A DNA stretch of 64,000 nucleotides from Syntrophales bacterium (GCA_040767195.1 JAXGPA010000001.1:704001-768000); one strand, 5' to 3'; counted from the first letter of the stretch, positions 10,606-21,380 are shown. Made by a program: numbers and translations. Notes: generated by a model from the letters alone, not told the origin.

Positions 10606-12044
10606 TCGTCCAGGTCGCCCACCTCGCGGGCCAGCTTCTCCGCCGATGCCGCGGGGGCCGATCCCCGGGGCCTCGCCAGGGGAACATCCACGGGGCTGAC
10701 CCACTTCCGGGCCACGTCCCCCGTCCCGGTGACGTTCAGCTTCCCGAACAGGAAGGCGAACCGCTCCTCCAGTTCCCCGCCGATGCCGTCGAGGACCTCC
10801 GGCGGCAGGGTCCACAGATCCGCTTTGTAGGGACCGAACCCCTTTTTCCGGGTCTTGTAGATAAACTGCTCCTCCGTGTCCTTTTCCTTCTTCTCCCCGG
10901 CCAGTTCCTTCCGGATGTACCCGTAGATCTTCTCCCGCAGGGACGCCGGGAAAGCGGGGCTGTCGTAGATGATGTTCTGGAACCCCGTGGCAAGGTGGAT
11001 TTCCGCCGTCCCCGTCTCGGGGAACGCGCCGAAGGCCTCCTCGGGGAGGGTCGACGCCCCATGCTGAACCGCCCCGGCCAGTCCGTACTCCCGGCGGGCC
11101 GTTTCCGAAATCTCCCGGAGGGTGTTGAAGTCGATTTTCACCGTGGCGATGGACCCGTCAGGCAGGGGCACGCCGCCGTGGGTGGTCCCCGTCTGAATGC
11201 TGATCTTGCTGATGCCTTTGCCGGAGTCCCGGAGGCTTTTCAATTCCCGGAGGTATCCCGTCATGAACGCGCGGAATTCTTCCACGGTGGTGTTCCGGCC
11301 TCCCACCTCGCCGATTTCGCCGCCCACGGAGACGGTCACCCCCGGCGGCTCGAGTTCCCGGATGAATGCCGTCAGATCGGCGGTCACCCGGTAGTTGGCC
11401 TCCTGCTGCTCCTCCAGGGTCGGACGGTCCAGGTCCACCAGGGTCGACGCGTCGATGTCGATGTTGTAAAACCCGCCCTCCAGGGCCTCCCGGATCAGCT
11501 TTTTCACGTCCCCCTCTTCCCGGGCCGGGTCGGCGGCATATTTCTTCGCATTCATCTGGAAATGATCTCCCTGGAGAAAAATCGGACCCCGGTAGCCCGT
11601 TCGGATGGCCGCTGCCATGACAGCCGCGGTGTATTCGGCGGGCCTCTGGTAGGTGTAGCCGATCTCGGAACGGGCGATCTCGAAGATGAAGGGGCCGACG
11701 TCCTGTTTCAGGGCGGCCCGGAAGACCGCCTGGGCGGCCTGGTAGGTGATCCCCCGGAGGTTGATGGCGGGAACGGTGAACCCCGTGACGTCCTTCCGCC
11801 CCATGGCATCATAGAGGGTCTGGATCGAGGCGGGCAGGATCCCCAGGGATGCCCCGGCCCGGCGGATGATCCAACGGCACAGCGCCTTCAGGTCTTCGTC
11901 GGGGGAAAGGGCAGCCGTGTATATGAGGCCGTCGATCCCTTCCTTTCGAAGTTTCCCCTCATCCAATACCCGAACCTCTTCGTCCTTAACGTCGAGGATG
12001 TCGGCGACGGCCCCGAGCAGGCTTTCCCGATCTTTATGTATCAT
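10602..12044 (-). CDS. class II fructose-bisphosphate aldolase family protein (long form)
   Basis: VPAIN, QGDH, DIDAS, GEIGEVGG, GTTHGG, VQHGAS; downstream of fbp. Confidence 0.88.
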   Translation of the reverse strand: MIHKDRESLLGAVADILDVKDEEVRVLDEGKLRKEGIDGLIYTAALSPDEDLKALCRWIIRRAGASLGILPASIQTLYDAMGRKDVTGFTVPAINLRGITYQAAQAVFRAALKQDVGPFIFEIARSEIGYTYQRPAEYTAAVMAAAIRTGYRGPIFLQGDHFQMNAKKYAADPAREEGDVKKLIREALEGGFYNIDIDASTLVDLDRPTLEEQQEANYRVTADLTAFIRELEPPGVTVSVGGEIGEVGGRNTTVEEFRAFMTGYLRELKSLRDSGKGISKISIQTGTTHGGVPLPDGSIATVKIDFNTLREISETARREYGLAGAVQHGASTLPEEAFGAFPETGTAEIHLATGFQNIIYDSPAFPASLREKIYGYIRKELAGEKKEKDTEEQFIYKTRKKGFGPYKADLWTLPPEVLDGIGGELEERFAFLFGKLNVTGTGDVARKWVSPVDVPLARPRGSAPAASAEKLAREVGDLDD

Positions 12045-12088
12045 GGCTTCCTCTCCTTTTGATGTTTCCCGGTCCCTGCCGGCGAATT

Positions 12089-13036
12089 TTACCTCTCTTC
12101 GGCATTCTTGAGGTAATCACCGGCCTTTTCCACTTCGTACCGGCTTCCGATATAGACGGGGCTTCGCTGGTCCAGGCTTTCCGGCGTCATGGACAGGATC
12201 CTTTTGACGCCGTCGGTAGCCATCCCACCGGCCTGCTCCATGATGAAGGACATGGGCTGGAGCTCGAAGATAAGGCGGAGCTTCCCTTTGGCGGCGTTTT
12301 TCAGGGCGGGGTATGTGAAAACGCCGCCGCGCTTGATGAGAATCTGGTTGATGTCGGGGACGAACCCGCCGCTGTACCGGAGCTTGTATCCCTGGGCCTC
12401 AAGATCGGCCACATACCGGGCATGGGCTTCCGTCCAGTCGTTTCGCAGGCCGCCGATGCTGTAAATGGATCCCTTGTCCTTCATTCGGATATTCTCTTCC
12501 GAGAGAACGTACTCCCCCTCCCGGTTGAGGACGAACTCGTGGGTCCCCTTGCCCGCCGTGTAGACCATGGTGATGAGGGGACCGTAAGTGATGTACAGGG
12601 CGGCGACGATGCTTTTCTGCCCCTCCTCGATGATGGGAACCCGATGAATCCCGATGATCGTCCCGATGGCCAGGTTGGTGTCCACCAGGGAGGAACCGTC
12701 GAGGGGGTCGGCGGTGATGAAGTATTTCTCGTCCCCTTTCCCGCACTTCAGGATCTCCGGCTGCTCTTCCGAGGCATATTCCCGGACAAACCCGGAAAAC
12801 TGGAGCTGGCTCTTGAGGATCTCGTCGGCAACCCGGTCCAGGGCCAGCTGTTCCTCCCCGTATATGTTCCGAAAACCCGCCAGTTTCCGGTTCGACTCAT
12901 GGATTTTTGCCGATATGTATTTTCCCGTCACGGCGATCTGCCAGATGAGCCGGCGGAGTTCCATCTCGATCCCGGCCATCCACATGTGCCGACGGAGATC
13001 GACAAGATATCGGGTCGGATCGGAAATGTTCGTCAT
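12089..13036 (-). CDS. fbp: fructose-1,6-bisphosphatase class I
   Basis: SEE, DPLDGSS, RYSGGFVPD, GKLRLIFE. Confidence 0.96.
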   Translation of the reverse strand: MTNISDPTRYLVDLRRHMWMAGIEMELRRLIWQIAVTGKYISAKIHESNRKLAGFRNIYGEEQLALDRVADEILKSQLQFSGFVREYASEEQPEILKCGKGDEKYFITADPLDGSSLVDTNLAIGTIIGIHRVPIIEEGQKSIVAALYITYGPLITMVYTAGKGTHEFVLNREGEYVLSEENIRMKDKGSIYSIGGLRNDWTEAHARYVADLEAQGYKLRYSGGFVPDINQILIKRGGVFTYPALKNAAKGKLRLIFELQPMSFIMEQAGGMATDGVKRILSMTPESLDQRSPVYIGSRYEVEKAGDYLKNAEER

Positions 13037-13260
13037 CGCATGCCTCCCCTGAACGATCTTCTGAACTTTAAAAAAAGCGGTTAAAAATTCACGAAAAAAG
13101 ACTGGCTTGAAGGGTCCCCTGAAGGAAGCCGTGTTCTATCCCGCCTCCTTCCTCAAAATATCAGCTCGGGGCCTTTGCCGCAAGCGGTTTGTGTCCCGGA
13201 CGTCAGTCAGGGACATCTCAGAAAGCATTCATGACCCTTTTTGTCGTTTCTCCACAGCGC

Positions 13261-14187
13261 CTAGGGACCGGTGGTCAGCGTGAAGGAGGCTTCGTAAAAC
13301 TCGGCACCGGGAGACCCGGCCGAAGCGCCGCTCCCTGTCACGGCGATCCCCCGGCTTTTCACCCCGAGGGAGCTCGGGCTTCCCCGGTAAATCCCCAGGC
13401 CCGCCCCTGCCGGTTCGAGGCTCACGTCGCCCAGGGGAACTTCGCTGGCATAGACGACGATCCGGTCCTCACCGAAGGGGGGGACCACTTCCAGCTGAAA
13501 GGCATCGCCCTCCCCGGGAATCCGGTAGATCTCGCCGGCCCGGAAAAACGCGTCTTTTCGATAGCCGTTGGGAAGAAGCTGAACGATATTTCCCGAGGCG
13601 TCCATATCGACGACCCGGGCATAAAAATCCCGGTTCCCCTGGAGAAAGATCTCGATCCGGTCCCCCTTGCTGTAGTGCTTCTTCGAAGACCAGACCCTGA
13701 CCTGGAGGGGAAGCCCCGGGTCCATGGCCGTCCCCGCCCCGGGGCGGCTGTCCTTCGGCTTCAGGCTGTATTCCACCTCCGCCCGGACCCACACGTGGTA
13801 GCGGCTGTTCTCCTCGATTCCCAGGTCCTTCTGCTCCAGGACCGTGACGGCCCCCTCGGCATCCGTCCAGATCAGGTCGTACTGAACCTCGAAATCCTTC
13901 ACCCGGGTCTTCGACGTGACGTAGGTCCGGGCCATCTCCAGGGCCTGCCGCTTCGCCGTGGCCAGAGCCGCCGCCCGGACCTGGGAAAGGGTCATGTCTT
14001 CGGAGAGATAGGCATACCCGTCCACCTCGTGGATGGAGGATCGCTTCTCCTCGTCGGGAGCAGCGGCAACCCCCCGGCCCTCCTGCCTGGAAGAGACGGC
14101 GGGAGCCGAAACCGTTCCGGCGGGGAGAATGAAAAGAAATAAAAGCCCATAGATCAGGGCACGACACAATGAGATGGATGGCTTCAT
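13261..14187 (-). CDS. secreted DUF4384-domain protein with N-terminal LPP20/FlgT-like region
   Basis: signal peptide; AAALATAKRQALE; YSKGDRIEI..DASGNIVQLLPN..PPFGEDRIVVYAS typical of DUF4384. Confidence 0.75.
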   Translation of the reverse strand: MKPSISLCRALIYGLLFLFILPAGTVSAPAVSSRQEGRGVAAAPDEEKRSSIHEVDGYAYLSEDMTLSQVRAAALATAKRQALEMARTYVTSKTRVKDFEVQYDLIWTDAEGAVTVLEQKDLGIEENSRYHVWVRAEVEYSLKPKDSRPGAGTAMDPGLPLQVRVWSSKKHYSKGDRIEIFLQGNRDFYARVVDMDASGNIVQLLPNGYRKDAFFRAGEIYRIPGEGDAFQLEVVPPFGEDRIVVYASEVPLGDVSLEPAGAGLGIYRGSPSSLGVKSRGIAVTGSGASAGSPGAEFYEASFTLTTGP

Positions 14188-14505
14188 GAAAGGCTCCTAT
14201 GAAAGGGGACGCGGCATCCCGTCCCGGTGTCGATGACCATCATACAGAAAAGACCGGCCCGGCGTCAATGGATCCCCGGCGGTTCAGGAAGTTCTTGCCC
14301 CCCTTCGAACCTCCTGTTGCTCATGCCGGAACTTCCCCTGCAAAAATACAGGGAGTATACCGGCGTTCACACCATGGTCCGAGACCCTTTTTAAACCCTG
14401 TCACAAAGGAAGATTTTAGGTACTGGACTCATTACGACGATCAGCAAGTGGCCTCTTTGCGGTGAATATCTGCTGGCTCCATTGCGGCAATCCGTAACAC
14501 ATAGC

Positions 14506-14697
14506 ATGGGGACATTCCACCTTCCCACTCAGACGCGGTTTCCGGGGCTTGTACTTGATATAGAAATGCCGTATTCTCAAGTCTTTCTGATGACAGTAAA
14601 ACTTTATCTGGTACAGATGGCCATTATCCATACTGACTGTATGAATGGGGAATGGAAAATTTGAAACAACGTGGTCACTGAGTCTTACCGCAACGTC
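14506..14697 (-). pseudogene. degenerate IS481-family (integrase core) transposase fragment
   Basis: minus frame reads DHVVSNFPFPIHTVSMDNGHLYQIKFYCHQKDLRIRHFYIKYKPRKPRLSGKVECPH, resembling the IS481 core as I recall it (FPF.IH..RTDNG.EF...GIRH.YIKP.TP.LNGKVERSH); in-frame stop just upstream. Confidence 0.7.
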
Positions 14698-14806
14698 TTA
14701 GCGAAAAAGCAACATAAAAATGGAATGTCTTTAATCGGTCTTTAATCTTAGCCAATTGATCTCTGATATATTATCGACGTTATGGATATCGTCTCTTCTG
14801 GACGGA

Positions 14807-16027
14807 CTAAACAAAAATACTTGCTACTTCAAAAAGGATTTTTTTGAAGTAGTTGGCGGCGCCGATTTTCAATCCAGTGTGACAACAATGCGGTATATTC
14901 CATAATAAGACATAGGGTAATATCAGGATTATCGGCAGCTTAATGCGGGGCTTTAAATAGCCCATGTCCGCCAAAGCGAAGACCAATACAGACAAGAAAA
15001 ATATGTAAATATGGATCCATCTCCCCCAATCGACGGCAAAGACATACAGTGGCAACATAAAAAGAAGGGCTATTGTCGGAAAAGCATAGACATATTTCTC
15101 CGGAATATCGACACTTTTCAAAAAGTAAAAAGGGAGAAGGGATAGGATCAACGCGAATATGTAAGTGGCTAAATAATCATTTTGAAAAAAAATATTGGCG
15201 ACCCAAAGCATTCCGTCATAGCTGTTTTGTTCTAAGCAATTTATCGCCCCATCACAAATTTTTGAATCCAACCCGTTCGATACCAAATGATTGCAAATGG
15301 CAGAGGCTTTGCCTATTCCCAAAAAAATACTTGAAAAGATCAAGGCAATGCCGGCGAGAATAACAAATGATGCCGCCAAGACATACATCGGACGCGCCTC
15401 TATTATTTTCAAATAGAAAAACAGGATCGTCACAATAATAAAAAACGGAAGGACAAACACGGCAAGTTCATGTGAAAAAAGGGCAAATGCATAAAAAGCA
15501 AGAACCAAAAAAATACCATGTTGAGGAAGACGCCCCTTCAAAAGGTACAAGACGTAGATGAGAAAAGGGATATAAACGAGGATCTCCTTTCTGAATCCCC
15601 CTTGTATGTCGTAAAAGGGAAAAAGCAAGAAGGCCGGAGAAAGAAAGATCATCAATTCCACACGGGATCGGTCCGTCCTGAAAAAAATCACCACTACGAG
15701 GAAAAAGACGAGAAACAGAAGCAGAAACTGAAGGGTAAAGACGGTCCACAACAAGTCAAATCCTGATATATGGGACAGGAAAAGAGCGACTTCACCGAAA
15801 GCCCCCCTGCGGATAAAGCCTGAAGAATAGTTGATCAACCAGTCGCCTGTCTTCCAGGTATTACCGCCATGAGAGACCTCAAAAAAATACATCAAAACAG
15901 TGCAGGCCAATCCTATCGAAACAACGGAAGCCGCGAGAATCTTTGAAGCCGTGGTCACCTGGTCTTTTTCGACGACCCCCTTCATAGTCACAGTTACTTC
16001 AGCTTCTTTATGGTCTCTTTTTCTCAT
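14807..16027 (-). CDS. AT-rich multi-pass membrane protein, possibly GT-C-like glycan modification enzyme
   Basis: about 10 hydrophobic segments; DWLINY..GFIRRG, RKE, HE and DWGRW motifs; composition differs from flanks. Confidence 0.7.
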   Translation of the reverse strand: MRKRDHKEAEVTVTMKGVVEKDQVTTASKILAASVVSIGLACTVLMYFFEVSHGGNTWKTGDWLINYSSGFIRRGAFGEVALFLSHISGFDLLWTVFTLQFLLLFLVFFLVVVIFFRTDRSRVELMIFLSPAFLLFPFYDIQGGFRKEILVYIPFLIYVLYLLKGRLPQHGIFLVLAFYAFALFSHELAVFVLPFFIIVTILFFYLKIIEARPMYVLAASFVILAGIALIFSSIFLGIGKASAICNHLVSNGLDSKICDGAINCLEQNSYDGMLWVANIFFQNDYLATYIFALILSLLPFYFLKSVDIPEKYVYAFPTIALLFMLPLYVFAVDWGRWIHIYIFFLSVLVFALADMGYLKPRIKLPIILILPYVLLWNIPHCCHTGLKIGAANYFKKILFEVASIFV

Positions 16028-16473
16028 GGTCTCTTTTAACTTTGATTTTCCTCCAGAAATCTTTTTGGTAATCCCACCGGATGAGAATCGTCACAAACGT
16101 TCCTGTTAACATCTAAACTTGGGAACCGTACTTTCATTTCATCATTTATTCAGTTGCGCTCGATATTTCAATATCAAAATACTTTAATCCTAAAACACCT
16201 ATCTTTTCTAACTTAATGATATTTTGCTGTTTATTCTTCGTCGGGTGGGTTCGATTGCCATGCTGTTCCGCCATTTTTTCCTGTAATCCAATATTTCTCA
16301 ATAGAATGCTTTAACAAAACTTTTGGATATGAGACACAGCGGTCAACTAACAGTTTAAGCTTAACCGGGCTAACGAAGGAAGCTGCGGAAAAAGGATCAG
16401 GGCGATATGTTGTACGGGATGAGGGGCTCTTTTCAGGCCAGCCAATGACGTTGAGTAATAGGGCCCCCCTGTT

Positions 16474-18663
16474 TCACCGATCCCGGGCCAGCCGGAAGCC
16501 CGTTCCGTTGTTGTTCATGTCGGGGACAAGGCAGTAGCGGTTCGCCGAGCGGACGCTTGCCGGCATGGATTCCCAGGATCCGCCCCGGAGGACCCGGGAC
16601 ATCCCCGAGGCAGGACCCCGGGGGTCGATCTGGGCGAATGTCGTATAGGGGGCGCACCAGTCCTGGCTCCACTCCCAGGCATTTCCGAGCATGTCGTAAA
16701 GTCCGTAGGCATTGGGGCTGTATGAGCCCACCGGGGCGGTGAAGGCATGCCCGTCGTCACACTCGACCACGGTCCACCCTGTGAAAACGCGCCGCGCCGA
16801 CTGGTCGGCCATGTTGGCATGTCGGCAGGAAGCGAAAATGTCCTCCCCCCAGTAGCGGCTCGTCACCGTGCCGGCCCGGCACGCGTATTCCCACTCCGCC
16901 TCCGTGGGAAGACGGTATTTCGACGTTCCTTCCCGACCGTTGAGCCAGCGGATAAAGGCCTGGGCGTCATTCCACGAAATACAGGTAACGGGGTGAAGGT
17001 CCGTCTGGGCGAATCCGGGGTTATCCCAGTAGACACCGGGCCTCCGGTTCCACTGGCCCCCGTCGATGAACCACGTCCCCCCGTTTCTTTCCGCCTCGGT
17101 CCGGTATCCCGTTTCCGCGGCAAAGGCCCGCCACTGCCCGACGGTCACCTCCGTGGACTGAACGTAAAACGACGTGGAAATCCTTACCTCGTGAGGCGAT
17201 TCATGTTCCGTCCTCCCCCACTCGTAAAGGGGGCTTCCCATGGAATACGTACCCGAGGAGAGAAGAACGAAGTCCATGCCGAAAGAATTGGTGTAGGATC
17301 TTCCGCCGGCAATCCCTCCCGGTTTAAAGAAGGATTCCGCTTCCCCTGTTTTTTCCAGGGTGATGTCCACGTACCGGTCTTCACCCGCCGCCAGGTCGAC
17401 CCATTCCGTCCGGGTTTCATATCCCGGCGCCGAAACTTCGAGGTGGTAAGGTCCCCCATCGAGGTCCATGCCCCTCTCGTACGGGGGCTTGATATTGAGA
17501 ATGCGGATACGGGCGTCGCCCGGTTTTGCATCCACGAACAAGCGGGATTTCCGGGGTTCTTCAGGGGACAGGAAGACGGAACGGGCCAGGCTTCTGCCTG
17601 TTTCAAGAACCACCGTCTTCTCGTAGGGCTTGAACCCCTCTTTTTCCACCCGCAGCCGGTACCTGCCCGGCTCGATTTCCCTGTTTTTCAGAGGTGTCCT
17701 GCCGATCTCCCCCCCGTCGAGGAGGACCCGGGCCCCGGACAGGTTGGCGTCCACGGAAAGAGAGGCCTTTTCCCGGCCATCCGTCCCCGCCGGTCCCGGC
17801 ACATCCGCCGCGCCGCCCGCCAGGGTGAAGATGAAATCGCCCTTGTCGAGGCGGGGGTCCCGGATCTTGCCGTACTGGGGATGCTGGCTTCCCCTGGAAT
17901 AGTTGATCACCGCGCTGTCGAGATACATGCCCAGCTCCGAGGCCGTGACATACCCGTCCCCGTTGAAATCGGCCTCCCCCTGGATACCGTCGACAAAACA
18001 CCGCCGGAAGACGCTTTCGTCGGGAACCTGCTCATCCTCGTTTCCCGCCGTGATGAACTGGCGGACGTCCCGGGCGCTCTTCTCGGAAATGTCCGTCGGG
18101 GCGCTTCTCACGGAGCTGAACACGGTGCCGGAAAAACAGGAGTCGAAGACCATGAGGACATGCTTCGACTGGATCCTCAGGGCGTAGGTCTCAAGCTGGT
18201 TCATGCTCACGGCGCTGTTCACGAAACCGACGTGGTCCCGCGAGGGAAGGGGGGCGTCCCTCGGGACGATGTAGCCGAGCTTCTCGCCGTTTGCCAGGGT
18301 TTCCGTCTCCCCGTGACCGGAAAAGTAAATCAGGATGGCCCGGTCCTTCTCCCGGGCGGGTCCGTAAACGAGGCGGTCCAAAGCAGCCTTGAGCTCTCCC
18401 GAAGCGGGATTCAGGAGGGTCGTCACGACCATCCCCATGCTCTTCAGGGAGCGGCTCACCTCTTCGGCATCCCGGACGGCTCCGGGAAGGTCGGGCCAGA
18501 AATCGTAGTCCCCGACACCGATGACCAGCGCGTGATAGTCCCTGTAGAGCCTGATTTCCCCGCCGTCGGGGCTTTTCACGGTGATCGCCCCCTCCAAAAG
18601 ACCGGGAAGAAGAACAAAGATAAAGACAGGCAGGATAATGAGAATGGTAAGCCTTTTTTTCAC
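16474..18663 (-). CDS. secreted caspase-like (peptidase C14) + PEGA repeats + FGE-sulfatase (SUMF1/C-lectin fold) protein
   Basis: signal peptide; ALVIG, YFSGHG and DSCFSG catalytic dyad; PEGA-like repeats; RLPTEAEWEYACRAG, PNAYGLYDMLGNAWEW, RGGSW, GFRLAR. Confidence 0.92.
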   Translation of the reverse strand: MKKRLTILIILPVFIFVLLPGLLEGAITVKSPDGGEIRLYRDYHALVIGVGDYDFWPDLPGAVRDAEEVSRSLKSMGMVVTTLLNPASGELKAALDRLVYGPAREKDRAILIYFSGHGETETLANGEKLGYIVPRDAPLPSRDHVGFVNSAVSMNQLETYALRIQSKHVLMVFDSCFSGTVFSSVRSAPTDISEKSARDVRQFITAGNEDEQVPDESVFRRCFVDGIQGEADFNGDGYVTASELGMYLDSAVINYSRGSQHPQYGKIRDPRLDKGDFIFTLAGGAADVPGPAGTDGREKASLSVDANLSGARVLLDGGEIGRTPLKNREIEPGRYRLRVEKEGFKPYEKTVVLETGRSLARSVFLSPEEPRKSRLFVDAKPGDARIRILNIKPPYERGMDLDGGPYHLEVSAPGYETRTEWVDLAAGEDRYVDITLEKTGEAESFFKPGGIAGGRSYTNSFGMDFVLLSSGTYSMGSPLYEWGRTEHESPHEVRISTSFYVQSTEVTVGQWRAFAAETGYRTEAERNGGTWFIDGGQWNRRPGVYWDNPGFAQTDLHPVTCISWNDAQAFIRWLNGREGTSKYRLPTEAEWEYACRAGTVTSRYWGEDIFASCRHANMADQSARRVFTGWTVVECDDGHAFTAPVGSYSPNAYGLYDMLGNAWEWSQDWCAPYTTFAQIDPRGPASGMSRVLRGGSWESMPASVRSANRYCLVPDMNNNGTGFRLARDR

Positions 18664-18700
18664 GTTAGAACCCTCTGAATCCGACTTTCAGGAGGCAGCA

Positions 18701-19135
18701 TCACGGCGGTACCCATTGCTCGGGCAACCCATGGGAAAGGTCATGGGATATCTTCTCGCCTCTCAAGCGCCCATGGGCCTTCCCGTCAAAGGTCAGCCAG
18801 AGCCCGCCCAGTTCCCGGGCCAGCGCTGCGTAACAGGCATCATAGCCGGTGAGTCCTCTTTCCAAAAACAGCATGGTACCCCGGACAAGGTTCTCCGTCA
18901 TGGGCTGCCTGAGAATCCCGCTGTTCAGAATCGGCAAGACACCCTCCAGAAAGACATCGGGTCCTGAAGGGTGGACCCGGCAAAGAACGGAAAATACCTC
19001 AAAAGAAAAAAGCTCCGGCACGGCAAATCGGGTCGGGTTTTTCACCATTTCGGCGAGGACCTCTTCCGCCGCGGGGTGATATTCTTCATCCAGAAACCAC
19101 CGGACGGCCACGGAAGCATCCACGACCCACATCAC
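18701..19135 (-). CDS. vapC: PIN-domain toxin (VapC family)
   Basis: VVDASVAVRW, YDACYAALA, LTFD. Confidence 0.88.
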   Translation of the reverse strand: MMWVVDASVAVRWFLDEEYHPAAEEVLAEMVKNPTRFAVPELFSFEVFSVLCRVHPSGPDVFLEGVLPILNSGILRQPMTENLVRGTMLFLERGLTGYDACYAALARELGGLWLTFDGKAHGRLRGEKISHDLSHGLPEQWVPP

Positions 19136-19404
19136 TTTTCGTAACCTCTCAGCTCCCTGAGGATATCGAGGCTCGTTTCCCGATCTTTTCGCCCGGCCTT
19201 CAATCCCCGGATGGTCGCAAGGAGAGCCTTTTTCTTCTCATCAGCCTGAAAATCCACGAACCTTTTTTCAAACTGCTCCGCCGTAATCAGAGCTGCCCGG
19301 ATTTTCCCGCCTTTGGTGACAAGAATCGGTTCACCCGTCTCATCGAGGGTATCGAGTACTTCTCCAAGCCTGTTCCTCAGTTTTAAAGCATTAACTGTTT
19401 TCAT
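19132..19404 (-). CDS. Phd/YefM family antitoxin
   Basis: MKTVNALKLRNRLGEVLD..GEPILVTK; stop overlaps toxin start. Confidence 0.88.
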   Translation of the reverse strand: MKTVNALKLRNRLGEVLDTLDETGEPILVTKGGKIRAALITAEQFEKRFVDFQADEKKKALLATIRGLKAGRKDRETSLDILRELRGYEK

Positions 19405-19430
19405 CACCCGCCAATCCCGCATTTTTATCG

Positions 19431-19459
19431 ACAATAAAACAAAGAAACATCAATGTCAA
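19431..19459 (-). promoter_or_regulatory. sigma70-type promoter of the TA operon
   Basis: TTGACA-17 nt-TATTGT on minus strand; small palindrome ACATcaATGT overlaps the -35. Confidence 0.65.
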
Positions 19460-19487
19460 GTGTAGAGGTGTATATACACATCTTCAT

Positions 19488-21380
19488 TCACTCTTTCGAT
19501 TCATCCTGTGCCGCCACCCGGTCCAGCAATTCCCGGATCATAAGGGCCCGCCTCGGTCCGATGCCGGCCGTGGCGGCCAGGTCTTCCGTCCGGGCCCGGC
19601 GAATCCCATCAAGGCTTCCAAACCGGGAAAGAAGCTCTCTTTTCCGGGCGGGGCCGATGCCCGGAAGCGATTCGAGGGGGGATTCGAAAGCCGTCCGGTC
19701 CCGCATTTTCCGGTGGCCGGCCAGGGCGAATCGGTGGGCCTCGTCCCGGACCCGCTGGAGAAGGTGCAGAAGGACCGGAACCCGGGTGAGGTACAGGGGG
19801 TTCTTTCTTCCCGGCAGATAGACCCGGTCCGACTCCCGGGAGACCTTCCCGGATACCCCGGTGTCCTCGTCGCCCCGCTCGTCGTCCCCGGGCCTTTTTT
19901 TTGCGAGGCCGATAACGTCGACACCGGTGATCTTCATATCCTTCAGGACGGACAGGGCCACGGCGAGCTGTCCCTTGCCCCCGTCCATGACGATCATGTC
20001 CGGAGCGCTCCCGGCGGGGTCCGAAAACCGGCGCCGGAGAACCTCGGCCATCATGGCGAAATCGTCCGACCCCGAAACGTCCCGGATCCGGTAACGCCTG
20101 TATCCCCCACGATCGGGGCGGCCGTCCAGAAAGGTCACCCGGGACCCGGTGGCATGGTCTCCCCCGACATTGGAAATGTCGTAACACTCGATTCGGCGGG
20201 GCACATTCTTCAGATGGAGATTTTCCTGGAGAAGGGACAGGACCGTCTCGTCGGACAGGTCGGATTTCAGGTCGGCCCGGTAAAAATTTTCCGCGTTCCG
20301 TCCGGCCATACTCAAGAGGCCCGCCCCTTCCCCGCGCCGGGGCAGCCGGATGCTCACGGTCCCGCCCTTTTTTTCCCCGAGCCACTCCTCCATGGCCCTG
20401 CGGTCCTCGATGTCCACGGGGATGAGGATTTCCCTGGGCAGGGAGATTTCCCGGTCGTAGTACTGTTTCATCACGGCGGAAAGAATTTCCCCGGAATCGG
20501 CCCGGCTTTTGAGAGGGGTGAAGGGCATCTGACCCTGGATGCGGCCCCCGCGGGCGAACAGGACGGACACCTGGACCCGGTCGCCGGCGCGGTAAAGCCC
20601 GAAAACGTCCCGGTCCTTCCCGGTGAAGGAAAAAACTTTCTGCTTCTCCAGGGTCGCCTCGAGAGCAACGATGCGGTCCCGGAGGCGAGCGGCGTCTTCA
20701 AAGCGCATCTCCCGTGACAGGCGGGCCATCCGCGTCCGGAGGGCGGAAAGAAGCCCCCGGCCCCTCCCCTCGAGGAAGGAAACGGCTTCCCGGACCACGT
20801 CCCCGTAGTCCTCCTTTCCCACCAGGCCCAGGCACGGCCCGAGACAGCGTTTCAACTCGAACTCGATGCACGGGCGGATCCGGGTCTTCAGCTCCAGGTC
20901 CCCGCAGGTCCGGAGAGGGAAAACGGGCTGAAGGACCCGCAGGGCTTCACGGACGGCGGCGCTGGAAGCATAGGGCCCGAAATACCGGGCCCGGTCCTTT
21001 TTCACCTTTCGGACAAGCTGGAACCGGGGGAAATCCTCCCCGGGGTCGATGCGGATGGTAAAGTAATTCTTGTCGTCCCGGAGGTTGACGTTGTAGCGGG
21101 GCCGATGCTCCTTGATGAGGGTGTTCTCCAGGATGAGAGCCTCCTTCTCCGTTTCCGTTACGATGAACGCCACCTGGTCCACCCGCCGGAGGAGATAGGG
21201 AATCATGGCCCTCCCGTCGGTCTTCCCGGCGTAGGAACGGATGCGGGCCCTCAGGTTCACCGCCTTCCCCACGTACAGGACACGGCCCTCGGCATCCTTC
21301 ATGAGGTAGACGCCCGTTGCTGGCGGGGCCTTTTCCCGGGCCTCCTCTAAGGGGTTCCGTCGGCATTCCACGACTGCCAC
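19488..21380 (-). CDS. uvrC: excinuclease ABC subunit C
   Basis: [39 protein letters not shown], HhH. Confidence 0.97.
   Translation of the reverse strand: MAVVECRRNPLEEAREKAPPATGVYLMKDAEGRVLYVGKAVNLRARIRSYAGKTDGRAMIPYLLRRVDQVAFIVTETEKEALILENTLIKEHRPRYNVNLRDDKNYFTIRIDPGEDFPRFQLVRKVKKDRARYFGPYASSAAVREALRVLQPVFPLRTCGDLELKTRIRPCIEFELKRCLGPCLGLVGKEDYGDVVREAVSFLEGRGRGLLSALRTRMARLSREMRFEDAARLRDRIVALEATLEKQKVFSFTGKDRDVFGLYRAGDRVQVSVLFARGGRIQGQMPFTPLKSRADSGEILSAVMKQYYDREISLPREILIPVDIEDRRAMEEWLGEKKGGTVSIRLPRRGEGAGLLSMAGRNAENFYRADLKSDLSDETVLSLLQENLHLKNVPRRIECYDISNVGGDHATGSRVTFLDGRPDRGGYRRYRIRDVSGSDDFAMMAEVLRRRFSDPAGSAPDMIVMDGGKGQLAVALSVLKDMKITGVDVIGLAKKRPGDDERGDEDTGVSGKVSRESDRVYLPGRKNPLYLTRVPVLLHLLQRVRDEAHRFALAGHRKMRDRTAFESPLESLPGIGPARKRELLSRFGSLDGIRRARTEDLAATAGIGPRRALMIRELLDRVAAQDESKE

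Noticed and set aside
13191..13216. imperfect palindrome TGTCCCGGAC-GTCA-GTCAGGGACA upstream of fbp
   Set aside because: Single instance with no U-tract and no known motif; cannot tell an operator from chance
16050..16460. possible small ORF or IS end at the right edge of the AT-rich islet
   Set aside because: The open frame has no credible start or motif, and no matching inverted or direct repeat was found at the left edge
16474..16600. FGE-domain C-terminus with AAC-AAC-AAC codons as a possible DGR variable region
   Set aside because: No template repeat copy, reverse transcriptase or Avd gene seen in the window; a remote DGR cannot be excluded
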